This document shows, piece after piece, positions 43,237 through 56,086 of a stretch of 64,000 nucleotides of DNA. How positions within the stretch are numbered: the stretch's first letter is position 1; the number at the start of each line of letters is the position of its first letter. A program made the position numbers and the translations under genes. Origin of the DNA: Eledone cirrhosa. Taxonomy: Eukaryota. The stretch covers positions 349,432,001-349,496,000 of the forward strand of contig OZ024740.1 of NCBI GenBank assembly GCA_964016885.1. The letters run 5' to 3'. The notes under the pieces were generated by a model. The model did no database searches, was not told where the DNA came from, and saw only the letters and a list, made by a program, of their open reading frames with translations.

Positions 43237-44197
43237 TATAAAGCTGACGGCCGTATGAAGTAACAAACTTTCCGCCAAACGGCTGGACCAAACAGCACCA
43301 AATTTGCACCATAGATGTAACTTTTTCCAAGTAAAAAAGTGAGGGTATTTTTGTCTACTGAATTTTGTTAAAAGATTAAAGACATTATTTAAATATTCAC
43401 TTCTTTAAAATTTCAAATGTCAACACTTCCGGTTATACGTCATTCCTCACTTTTTCTTATGACGTCGCACAACATTCCCCTCTTTTTCTTAGTCTGTATG
43501 TCTGACTGTCTGCATTAGATAACGTTTATGGAAATATTTACTTCTGAGTTGACAGACTGATTTTTTTAAGTTTCAGAAGATCCCGTTAAGGGTGAAAGCA
43601 GGCATTCTTTGCTTAAACTTTAATCTGTTATTTTAATATATATATTCGTATACAGATATTTTTGCATACACAAAAACAAAAACCTATTTATTTCACGAAA
43701 GCACAGATGGCTTATCGACATTGTTACTGTTCGAAGTTAGAGGACCACAGTCTTCCCAAGATCTGAGAACCATCAATGGCCATCAATGTTCCATTGACCG
43801 TTTGGCTTGCCAGATGCGTGGTATGTTACACGATGACAGCCATTGGCATCTCACCCTGCAAGAAGCAGCAACTGTTAAAGTCCTTTCTCAGCTGCGAAAA
43901 CTTTTGCTATTATGCTGCACAACTGCGATCACGCCGACCCTCTAGCAATGTGGAACAACTACCGCAAAAGTCTAGAAAGTGAGGAATGACGTATAATCGG
44001 AAGTGTTGAGATTTGAAATTTTAAAGAAGTGAATATTTAAATAATGTCTTTAATCTTTTAACAAAATTCAGTAGACAAAAATACCCTCACTTTTTTACTT
44101 GGAAAAAGTTACATCTATGGTGCAAATTTGGTGCTGTTTGGTCCAGCCGTTTGGCGGAAAGTTTGTTACCTACATACGGCCGTCAGCTTTATAGTAT
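43233..44197. mobile_element. Helitron-derived fold-back element (~220 bp inverted arms) in (TA)n
   Basis: Arms at 43233-43453 and 43976-44197. Interior encodes LLFEVRGPQSSQDLRTING..ACQMRGMLHDD.HWHLTLQEA, typical of the Helitron RepHel linker. Confidence 0.75.
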
Positions 44198-44207
44198 AGA
44201 TATATAG

Positions 44208-44283
<76 letters not shown>

Positions 44284-44289
44284 ATATTA

Positions 44290-44387
<98 letters not shown>

Positions 44388-44614
44388 CGGGTAAAATTCC
44401 CGAGATCTATGTCTGTCCTTAGGGCATCAACATACGTTAGCCTCTTCCTCTTCCAGTGTGTCCATGTAGGGGCTCCCACAGGAGCACTGAGTGCAATGTC
44501 AACTCTGGATGTCGGTTAGCATGTCCAGCTAACCTCAGTCTCCTGAAAAGAAAAGAAATATATATATATGTATGTATATATGGATGCATATATGTATGTA
44601 TATATATATGTATT

Positions 44615-44646
<32 letters not shown>

Positions 44647-44656
44647 TGTATATATG

Positions 44657-44755
<99 letters not shown>

Positions 44756-44784
44756 ATATGTATATATGTATATATATATATTAT

Positions 44785-45268
44785 GTCGGGTCACTCTTGA
44801 GTGCTACTGGTAAAATGCGACCCAGTTCAAACTGTCGCATGGTCGGGTCATTGGCGACTAAGCCGGCAACCCCACCAAGATTACTTGGTGAGGAGGGTGA
44901 TTTTGGACACCCTGCAGAACAAAAAACAAAACCTGATAAAGGGCGGAAGAACTCATAAGAGTCAACGGCCAACCAAAAGTGTGTAAATATGTATATACAC
45001 ATGTACATATATACATATACATACATGTATATGTATATGTGTATATATCTGGGTGGGTGTGTATGTATATACGCGGGGACATAGAAAAGGTCGGGATGGA
45101 CACCCGATCGCGCGGTTAACCCACTGGGAGTGAAGGACCCTAGCCTTTGTCAGGGCATTCTTCTAGGAGAAGGCATCTCAGGAAACTGGGATAACTCCGA
45201 TATAAAACCTGCGGCTCAGTAGTTACCGATGATGTTGATCTTTTCTTCTTTTCGTGTTATAGTTACTG
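44785..45268 (+). mobile_element. Isolated 5' leader of the RTE-ZF LINE, including the extreme 5' structured region
   Basis: 44785-44978 is homologous to the 5' end of the bipartite units. 45072-45268 matches the LINE UTR at 23652-23456. A microsatellite lies between them. Confidence 0.85.
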
Positions 45269-46582
45269 ACAGTTCATCGCCAACAATTACGAGATCCGAT
45301 TACTAGACAGATACCACTAAGTGCACATCTAGACATATGCGCAAGTAATAAGACACCCAAATTCCAAGTCTTCCCATTTTATCTTTGCGCTGACAATACA
45401 ACAGAATAAATACGAATAAATAAGGAAAATATGTTTATTCAAAAATATAGACCAGCATTAAATATTGTTTAATATACATTATGTCAACACCATAACATGC
45501 TAACCATCCAAACAGACACATACACACATAACACCTTCTATTATAGATAATAAAAACCAGAACTAAATAAACCTTAACATACGTTAATACTCTAACACCT
45601 TAACATGCTAACCACACCCCCACACACACATAACTCCCTCCCCCATTTCTTCTAACGGAATCATTTTCCTACACACACACACACACAAATATATATATAT
45701 TCTCTCCATCGTAACATGCTAACCATACTCCCACACACACATACACACACACACACGCACACACATAACACCGCTACACACACACACAACTCTCTACCCC
45801 ATTTCTACTAATAGAATCATCTTCTAACACACACACACACCAGCACACAAATAAACATATCTCTACTTGCTTTATTTCAATAGAAAGTCTGAATTTTGAC
45901 ACCCCAGCACACCAGCCATATTCACTGAACCAGAACAATTCTCCCCATCCCGTTTTTCTTGACCATTATCTTTTGTTTGGCACAAAATTCTCTAAAAGGC
46001 TACAAAACAAATTCCAAATACGGGCGCGAAATTTAATGTACTTGTTCACGTGACAGTCATAATTTCATTTATAACCAATCAAATTACATTTATTTTTAAA
46101 AAAAGCCTTCGTGAGACACCTTTTTTAAGTAAAAAGAAATTCAAACACAAACTGGCGCGAAAGCTGATGTGCTTATTCACGTGACTGCATCAACCAACCA
46201 AACTTCACTCATATATGAAAAAAAACAACCTGAGCCCCCCCCCCCCTTTTTTTTAAGGCAGATGTAATAAGAACTTTGTAACGCGAACTGGTGCGAAATT
46301 TATTAAACTTATTCACATGACAGTCATCAACCAACCAAATTACTTCTCTAAAAACCTAGCATTTCGAGCCACTTTTTTCCATATAAAACAGAAATAACAT
46401 TCAAACACCAACCAGATGTGAGAAAAACCACAAACCCTCCATCTCAATTCTACTTTTGAAAAGCAGAAGAACTGCGAAACCGGTAAAGGAACCAAATAAA
46501 TATATATATTTTTTTAAAAAGACTCCAGTTGCATTTTCGATTTCATCTTTTTTCCTTATATATATATATACACAAAGACGAA

Positions 46583-46715
46583 TTGGCAGGACGTCGGAAT
46601 GGTTTTCATTCCGGCACTATATTCTCTGAGTTCAAATCCCACCGAGATCGACTTTGCCTTTCATCCTTTCAAGATCGATAAAAAAAATGTACCAGCCTAG
46701 TACTGGGTTCGATTC
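46583..46715 (+). mobile_element. tRNA-derived SINE (family A)
   Basis: GAGTTCAAATCC, GCCTTTCATCC and GTACCAG core. Confidence 0.7.
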
Positions 46716-47344
46716 TTCCTCTATGTCTCTTTCTAAAGCTATAGTAAAAAGCACTCGAAGTCGATTCTTTAACTACACAGTCACGATTGTTTCTTAATTT
46801 CTTGATGTTATCTAATTGCAATAATCAGTTTGCCTTCTCTACTTTCTAAATATTTTTCTAGAACTCCTTTGTTATAATGCCATAGTTTTCTATTTGTATC
46901 AGACGCTATATTGTTCTGCATGCTAAATATATCTACAATATCTTTAGTATGATAACTTTGGAATCTTGCTTGTAATTATCGAGTTCTCATATCCAAGCTC
47001 TTCCATTAATTTCACTTCTAATTTATTATTTTGAAGCTGTAACAAATGACGTGCGTAGTGAGTGTAATTATACCTAGTGGCGGGTGAAAGAGAATAAACA
47101 CATACAAACACATACGCGGACAACACACACACAACGAACACACACAAAAACGTGTATGAGAAATAATATATAAAAACATACATACATGTACAGATATAGA
47201 CACATATGTATGCAAAGGCCAAATACAGAAAAGACAATTTTAGATTAAATCAAAACAAAGAGAAGACACAAAGGTTCAGAATCTGTAACAAAAGAGCTTT
47301 CTCAATCAAATATGACTGAGGAATGAATTAGTTATATGACTAAT

Positions 47345-47557
47345 AATTGTTTCTACTTCCAACACTAGGCAAGCAATTTGAAGGGAGGAAACAAAATGAA
47401 AAAAAATCGAACCCAGTACGTTTCTAGTACTTAATTTATCGATGGATGAAAGGCAAACTAACTTCGGCGGGATTTGAAATCAAAACGTAAAGGGCCGTAA
47501 CTATATGCCAAAAAGCATGTTGTTCGACGCACTCCTAATACCGCCAATCACCGCCCT
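47345..47557 (-). mobile_element. tRNA-derived SINE (family A), diverged
   Basis: Reverse-complement core GGATGAAAGGCAAA..GGCGGGATTTGAA. Confidence 0.65.
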
Positions 47558-48254
47558 TACATAACTAACAAATAAACTGAAATGAAACTGAAGCGTGTGC
47601 TTTTATGGGCAACCTGACTCTCCCAAAGTATAACAATATATATATATATATATACAAATGAATATATGATAGGGATAAACACTGATACAAGTATACATGT
47701 GTTTGCATTGCAAATGACCAAGTTAGCTAGATTGAAAAATACTAATTAAAATAATACGGTTTGCCTGTCTCGATTTAAAATAATAAATCAATAAAAACAA
47801 ACCTATATTGGCAACAGCCGTGATACCTGGACAAATTTTAAATTTTAAATTTTAAATTTGTTTCGCAACAATTAAGTGAAATTTCCTATTCCTGTGCTCT
47901 TCTGCAGGTATCCAGAAATTGGTAAGTTTCACTTCAAAATACTTAAGAAGACTGAGAGAAATACATTCCAGACAACTCTAAGAAAGTATAAGATAACCAT
48001 CCTGCAACACGCGGCAGAGAGATGTGACAGCGTGCATAGGACAGTAAACCAGTGGTATCTGAGGGACGAGTTGCTAGAAATGGCAGCCCAAAACCACTCA
48101 AAGAGATGTGCTCAACCAAATAGAGAAAGAGTAAAGACTGTTATAAGGAGCGAAATATCAAGATAAATTAACGGAGCCATAGACTCGTTATTCCCTGTAA
48201 ATTATGTGCTCAAAGGAAAAATAATCCTGAGCTCTTTAAAATACAATATGTAGA

Positions 48255-48770
48255 AAGTTTTCTCTCTCTGTTTGGTTGAGCACATCTCTTTGAGTGGTTT
48301 TGGGCTGCCATTTCTAGCAGCTCGTCCCTCAGATACCACTGGTTTACTGTCCTATGCACGCTGTCACATCTCTCTGCCGCGTGTTGCAGGATGGTTATCT
48401 TATACTTTCTTAGAGTTGTCTGGAATGTGTTTGCCTTACACACGCTGATGAACCATAGGCGCTTCCATTTCAGTCAATAATTTCTTGGCGAAACAGATCT
48501 ATTCTGATTTGTACGTGTGTGTTATATAGTTATAGAGGTGCGTATGCGCATTTTAATTTATATTTTTAATTATTGTGTGTCTACCCTGCCTTCCATAGGT
48601 TATAGATTCCATACACTAGTGGTTTCCCTGTTTTATTGATGGCACACGCTCTCTATCTCTAGAGTGTTACCCTTTCTACATATTGTATTTTAAAGAGTTC
48701 AGGATTCCTTTGAGCACATAATTTATAGGGAATAACGAGAATCTATGGCTCTGTTAATTTATCTTGTTAT
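48255..48770 (+). mobile_element. Hammerhead-bearing short element (second copy 59706-60140; inverted partial copy 47958-48212)
   Basis: Direct sequence match between the copies; both end in (TA)n. Confidence 0.75.
48438..48520 (+). ncRNA. Full type I hammerhead ribozyme with a stable stem III
   Basis: Stem I ACACACG/CGTGTGT, core CTGATGA, stem II CCA/TGG with A.C closing, GAAA, stem III ACAGATC/GATTTGT, triplet GUA. Predicted cut after 48513. Confidence 0.82.
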
Positions 48771-49228
48771 ATATATATATATATATAATAAAGAAAGAAT
48801 TTATATCTAGTAACATATATATACATACAAATGCATATCGATGCTAGCAAATATATAGGTTTTGTCTTAATAACATGCATTGAACCACAATGTTATTAAG
48901 ACAAAACCTATATATTTGCTAGCATCGATATGCATTTGTATGTATATATATGTTACTAGATATAAATTCTTTATTATTATCTCCAAAATATTTGTCGAGC
49001 AATACTGGCCATGACTGCTGCTACGGTAGTAGGCTGGCTGCTGTCTTTCCACCGATTGACCTCGATGTCACGTGTTCGATTCTTTTTGAATTTGCCACAG
49101 ACACAGAGGCAGTGATTTTCTTAATGGCTAGGAAGTAAGTCCACGCTCTGCTATTTCCTATTCACTGATTTATTTTTTAATAAGCTTCCAGAGTTCCTCG
49201 CTTTGCCTGGAAACTTATATGAGAATAG

Positions 49229-49310
49229 ACTTTCCTGATGACGGGATGTTTCTCCACACCTTCTTCGGAAGATGTATCTACTCCATTCCAGAAACTAATT
49301 AGTTGGAAGT
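49229..49310 (+). ncRNA. Type I hammerhead ribozyme motif
   Basis: Stem I ACTTTC/GGAAGT, core CTGATGA, stem II GGGATG/CATTCC, GAAA, palindromic stem III ACTAATTAGT, triplet GUU. Confidence 0.8.
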
Positions 49311-49358
49311 GATATTTTAGTAAGTAAGTTAATTTTATAATTTTCTTATCTTACGTCT

Positions 49359-49416
<58 letters not shown>

Positions 49417-49528
49417 TTGAAATAAAATGAAAACGAAATTTCATTTCTCACTCTTAGTACGGCACTTACTTAAATGTAAGTATGTGTGTATACGTACATA
49501 CATATATGTATACAGACGTACAGTAGCA

Positions 49529-49569
<41 letters not shown>

Positions 49570-49750
49570 GTTATTCCGGGTTGAATCGGAGGTAACCACA
49601 GTAAGTAAGGTACTCAATACATTGCAGAGTATAAAAGTTTTAATATAGATGAGATTCTACAGGACTAGAACTGTTTCATTCTTTAGAAATCATTAGATGA
49701 TTTCTAAAGAATGAAACAGTTCTAGTCCTGTAGAATCTCATCTATATTAA

Positions 49751-49852
<102 letters not shown>

Positions 49853-49952
49853 TCAGGTTATCAATAATGCAGTGATAATATATCGTTACGTTAGAGATGA
49901 ACAGCGTACGTGCAGGTTTGCTCAACGAGTATAAATTATATTCCGGAGAAAT

Positions 49953-51677
49953 GTAGAAAGGATGAATATAAAATGAAAGTGCTTTTGTAAAAAAGGAATT
50001 TATTAGGTGTTGACATATGTTTCTGTAACAGACCGAATACCTATGTATCGCTGCTTGCGTAATCATATAATGTTAGCAAGTATTCGATAGCAAATGTATA
50101 ATCAGTTGTCACTTCTTCAGAGATTTTGGATAAACTGGATAAAATCAGAAAAATTGAAGTATTTATAACCCAAAATAAATCACATAGGAGTAGAAATAGC
50201 ACAGAATCACCACCATACATACACTACCGCAATAGACACAATAATAGTCGCACACCACCAAACAGAAGGCGATGTAAGGAGTATATCTGGTACAACCCGG
50301 TCTATAACAACTCTATTAAAACCAATCTACCCTCAAAATTCTTTCGATTAGTTAGAAAACACTTTCCAACATCACATAAATATAATAAAATCTTAAACCC
50401 TAACACTATTCGACTTTCATATTCAACCGCCCCTAATATTGAACAACATATAAAAAAGCTTAACGCAAAACGGTTGTATAAACGCCTTCCAACACATAAC
50501 AATACACGTAAAACATTAGCTATAACATCACAAAACAACAAACAACATCCTGTCCTACATAAGCAACCTCATCAACCCATCCATGGCAATACAACAACGC
50601 AAAATTATAATTGCAACTGTGTCCAACCAGGAATGTGTCCGTTGAACAATCAGTGTCTTGAACGCAACATCGTATACAAATGTACTATCGAATCGGATAG
50701 ACAGAAGTGGTACTATGTGGGATCTACAGCCACCTCCTTCAAATCACGCCTTTATAGACATCGTTATTCGATAAAACATGAAAACCAGCGTTATGTAACA
50801 ACACTCGCAGACAAGGCTTGGCAGCTGCGTGAAAATAACCAACAATTTCACCTAAAATGGGATATAATAGCGGCTGCCCCCCCCCCCCCCCCCCATAATC
50901 CAATGGACAGGAATTTTGTAAATTATGTAATGTAGAATTATTTTGTATTATGAAATCCAAAAACATTTTATTAAATAACAGAATAGAGCGATCGTTATAC
51001 TGTAACCATCGCTTAAAATCTACATTTTCATATTATAAATACTACCAGGATTGAACGCCTGTCTCTATCCCCGTTTGATTGTCAAAATAGATATGAACAT
51101 TCTTTATTAGTCTTAATTCTATCAACTCTTCTATTATTTACAAACTGCTATAGATAAAATGAGATTTCTGATTTCTTGATTCAATTCCCTAATGCATATA
51201 CCAGCTGGCTACTAGCATTGATGTTATTTAGTAGCAATCGAAATCCCCCTTCCCCAATTGACACTTTATAATTAATACTACTGCACCAAATGACCAGCCC
51301 TGTCCACTGTCCAGTTGGTCAAGTAGAGATTAAAATTGGCACTCCCAAAATTCTTATTTAGATTTACTCATGGTATTCTCATTAAAAACCCATTATATAC
51401 TTGTCTAGCAGTAAATTATTTTACCATCTGTCATATACTATCCCCTCTGTTCCTTCCTCTTTTACTAATATAAATACTTCAATTTTTTTGATTTTATCCA
51501 GTTTATCCAAAATCTCTGAAGAAGTGACAACTGATTATACATTTGCTATCGAATACTTGCTAACATTATATGATTACGCAAGCAGCGATACATAGGTATT
51601 CGGTCTGTTACAGAAACATATGTCAACACCTAATAAATTCCTTTTTTACAAAAGCACTTTCATTTTATATTCATCCT

Positions 51678-51682
<5 letters not shown>
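49953..51682 (+). mobile_element. 5'-truncated Penelope-like element (second family) with an inverted terminal segment
   Basis: IWYNPVY..KHFP..TIRLSYS, CNC..CPL..C, IVYKC..YYVGST..FKSRLYRH (GIY-YIG). 49953-50168 is the reverse complement of ~51468-51682. Confidence 0.88.
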
Positions 51683-51747
<65 letters not shown>

Positions 51748-51865
51748 GTACACATACATATATGCACGTATCAATTCAGGCTGTTCAGTTTGTTTACAAA
51801 CGAACAAAGCGGCGTTATAATAAGCGTCCGCTAAACTGATACGTGCATATATGTATGTGTACCTG

Positions 51866-51918
<53 letters not shown>

Positions 51919-51936
51919 GTATATACACATACTTAC

Positions 51937-52023
<87 letters not shown>

Positions 52024-52040
52024 GGGAGAGAGAGAAAATG

Positions 52041-53242
52041 TTATCGAATAGAATGGACACAGCTTCGGTCGTTTCCTCACTCACTCAACAATTTAATTAA
52101 GTCTGAATTATTAAAATTCGAACCCAACCGATTACATTGTACACTTAAATGTTAAGCAGTGAGGCAGATGACTTCGTATGGGTAGGACATTTGAGTTACC
52201 TGGACCGATGCACCAGTTTCTGCGATTTCGATCTGCCGGTGGTGGTCCGAATAGAACCGCCATGTGTAGAAATTAGGTAATGTTAGTATATATTACGTAT
52301 TTATGAAATAACCGTTTCGTCAGCGGGGGTTTGCCTCCATGGTCATGGAAAGTTCCGTATGGCTATCCAGCAACAAATGAAATGTTAAATCGTTTGTTGC
52401 ACACTGTCATCATACCAATATTATATACCTATGACTCATACACACACACCCTATCCTTCACGCATATATACTCTCTTTCTCCTCCTTTCTCGCGTTCTCT
52501 CCCTCTCTCCTCCTCTCTCTCCCTTCCCCCTCTCCCCTTCTCTCTTTCTCTCCCTCTCTCTCAAAACGGATCCTACCTCATTAAATGTGATAACACAAAA
52601 GATTAAGAGACATTAATATTATTATCCTTTACGTTCTGATTTAAAATCCTGCTGACGTTAGCTTTGCCTTTCATTTTTACACGGTCGATAAAATAAAATA
52701 CCAGTAATGCACTGAGGTCGATTAAGTCGACTTTCCCCTTTCCCAGAATTTTTTGGCCTTGTGCCTAAATCAGAAACCAATATTATTTTCCTCATTCTAA
52801 TAACCAATCATGGGTTTACTAATTCATTAAATACTCGTAAGGGGATTCAACAAGGTTCTGGAAATTTTATTAATCCCAAGGGTTTTCTAATTTCTTGTAA
52901 TCTTTATCGCATTACTGAATTACTTGTTAGATGTGATCAGCAATGTTTGTGGCGTTATTACATTTCTGATTGTTGGATAACTAATTAGAATGCCAATTAA
53001 CAAGCCGACAGGCTTACAGAACCAAGTATTTAGGCTTCAGAATTAGTAGAAGACTTCAGATTGTTGGTTATCGATGTCACTTACACGTTCCACACATACA
53101 CGCAGTCGATACGGCAGATCTCACGTTTTGCTTGAGAATGCCAACTTGATTTTCTCATTACACTTTCCCAGTAGGGGCGCTTGGACAAAAAAAATATTAT
53201 TTCCGATTCATTGTACTTTTTCAATTGCATTGAATGTTTTTG
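52041..53242 (+). repeat. 1.2 kb near-identical direct duplication (partner 60315-61583)
   Basis: Short ORFs at 52331/60673 and 52431/60773 are identical, and 52761/61103 differ at one residue. Includes a family A SINE remnant. Confidence 0.93.
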
Positions 53243-53521
53243 TTATTATTTTTCCTTGAACTTCTACTGATATTACAGGTGTGGCATCTACTATTTTAAT
53301 GTCGTTCTGTTTTGTTACTGTAGTTGATTTTCTTTTTTTGTGAATTGGAATTTTTTGTTGTTGTTATTTTTTTGGGGGGGTGGGGGGGGGGGGGGGTCTC
53401 AAAATGTCTTGTTCTCATGAAAGAAGCTCTCACGCTTTTCGAAGCATGACTATATTGATGTGATTTGCTTCAGCTTTTTCTTTAACTTGCATGATGTCCT
53501 CATTTTTATATCATATCACAC

Positions 53522-53624
<103 letters not shown>

Positions 53625-54767
53625 TTAAACTGTGCCGTATCTTAAAAGTCATTGTATACACCTTGTTACTCTGTTAATCACTTTCTTTGAAATACACTGT
53701 TCTGTTCAAATGTATTTTTAGATTTGGAAAATTTCCCCAACTTTTGACGTAATGTGATTGGTGATCAAGGTAATGATTGGAGAGAATATGCGAATAGAAA
53801 AGAATATTAGGTGGTTATGGACACCACTTCTCTTCTTAAGACTGCCATATCGACATATTAGACAACAAAGCTATATCACGTTTCCAAGCTCTAACAAACT
53901 AGTAATAGGACCGGACCAGATGTGAATTTTAGCCCCATTTAAAACTAATCGTTCAGTATTTTACTAATCAGAACTAATTATATATGATTTATGCATGTGA
54001 TAAAAGTATATAGCTGTACATGTGGTGCACTTGATGTACTTAAAATCAACAAAATACTTAGAATTTGAAATCGCTCACCAATAACAAGTCGCTTCGCTGT
54101 TTTCCCCCTCCTCTTCTCTTGGTTCTCACCTATCGATTCTTTACTAGTTCAGAATACTACCATTCTCACTTATTCTTCTGCCACGTACTGTTGTTAAGAT
54201 GTATGATTGTTATGTATTTCCAAAAAATACTTCACACGAACCCCGAACAGATAGGAATTTATAATTCTTTGCCATAATTATCAATTATATCATTACAGCA
54301 TTTATGTAGCTATTTTATCTTGGAAACAAAATAAAACATTTGCGCCAGATCTCCAATCAGCTAAATTCTATAAAACATAGGACTCAATACTTCACTTAGA
54401 AACCTTTGAAGACCTTGTGATTAAGGAATTGATAGACGGGAACGGTTTTAAATGACTCTTTCTACTACTGCATAAAAGGATTTAAGCTCATCTATGTCAC
54501 ACAACGAATATCATAGCTTTAATTAATTACTAGCTATTATAAGGGTAACATCTACAGAGGTTTGCTTACAATTTAGAAACGCTTTTATATGTAAGCTGCA
54601 GAGGGTCATTGACTATCCATATCTGCGACATGTATTCAATTCCAGGTATTTTTTTTTATATTGTTTTAGATCAGACCCATACCAATCTTGATAAAATAGG
54701 CACATGTTCAAGGATCCTCTAGCCATGACCGTCCCGCTACTTTGTATCATGATATATATATATATAT

Positions 54768-54840
<73 letters not shown>

Positions 54841-55564
54841 GAGGTTTATCTGAGAGAAATTGGGTTCTTTTTAGACGGTCAAGAAACCATATACAGGTAA
54901 GAGGTTTTCTAGCTGGCTCGTAGAAGCTCCATCCTTTGCCTGCAGAATTGCCATGACTGTCTCTGTCGTTGACTCAGAGAGGCTCCAGGCTTTATTTATA
55001 GAAGTAACTTCGTCCAATTGATTCTCAATAGAGCCGCATTTTTTCACTTAATTCTCGTGTTTGAATTTTCATGCCTTAGTCCTGTGAGTGCGAGCCTATG
55101 ATGTAGGTGTCAGCAGAGAGATGCTACGGTTTTCTCTAATACGGAGGCACGTGATGTACTTTGAAAAACTATCTGCAATATTATGTAATATAAAGATTAT
55201 TTATAAACAATTAAAAGCTAAAGGGCATGTAACTCCTGATATAATCGTAGGGACACCGCCCAGATACATGGAGTGTCTTGGGCATTTTAAACCTGGCGAA
55301 CTAAGCCGATTCCTTCTAGAGAAATGGACAAATTGATAAAGACGAAAAATCAACACCAGTAATTTAGTTATCAAACTCAAAAGGATGACAAATAATGTTA
55401 ACTTCGAAGGTATTTGAATTCAGAGTGCAGTGAGCCGGACCAAATATAGATAAATATTTAATCTGACGATTCTGCCTTACTATAAGCAATTACATTAAAT
55501 TAAACTACATATGATACTCAAATAATAATATCAAATATTAAAAATTTTGACACTAAACAATCAA

Positions 55565-56086
55565 TGTGGGAGTCGAACACCACCAAGGGTGTGTAGTGTC
55601 ACCTCTCCTGTTTATAATCTTCGTGAACAGGATTGACATTCACAACCGGGTTGAAAGTAGTACCAAGACTGGTGGGTGTAGGATCAGTCGGCTGGATTTT
55701 GTAAATGACATGGTATCACTTAATTTGTCAGAAAGTGATCTCCGACATGCACTTCATAGGTTTTATGCCGAGTGCGGCAGGGCTGGAATGAAAATCAGTG
55801 CTGCAAAGACTGAGACACTTGTCCACTCAAGGAAGCTTAACCAGCAGTACACTCTACATGTGAATGGAGTTCCTCTGAATCGAGCGGAGAAGTTCAAATA
55901 CCTCGGGGTCGTGTTTACGAGAGATGGAAAGCAGCGGGTGAATTAAGTACAGGAATTGCAGGAGCCGGTACAGTAATGCGTCAGCTTCAGGATTCGGTAA
56001 TCAGAAGAAGAGACGTAGCTGTAAAAGCCAAACTTGCTATCTTCAATTCGTGCTAACCCTTACCTATGGTCATGAATCTTGGGTAA
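55565..56086 (+). pseudogene. RT fragment of the second RTE-type family
   Basis: QGCVVSPLLFIIF, LDFVNDM, GMKISAAKT, KFKYLGVVFTRDG; similar to 8720-9130. Confidence 0.85.
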
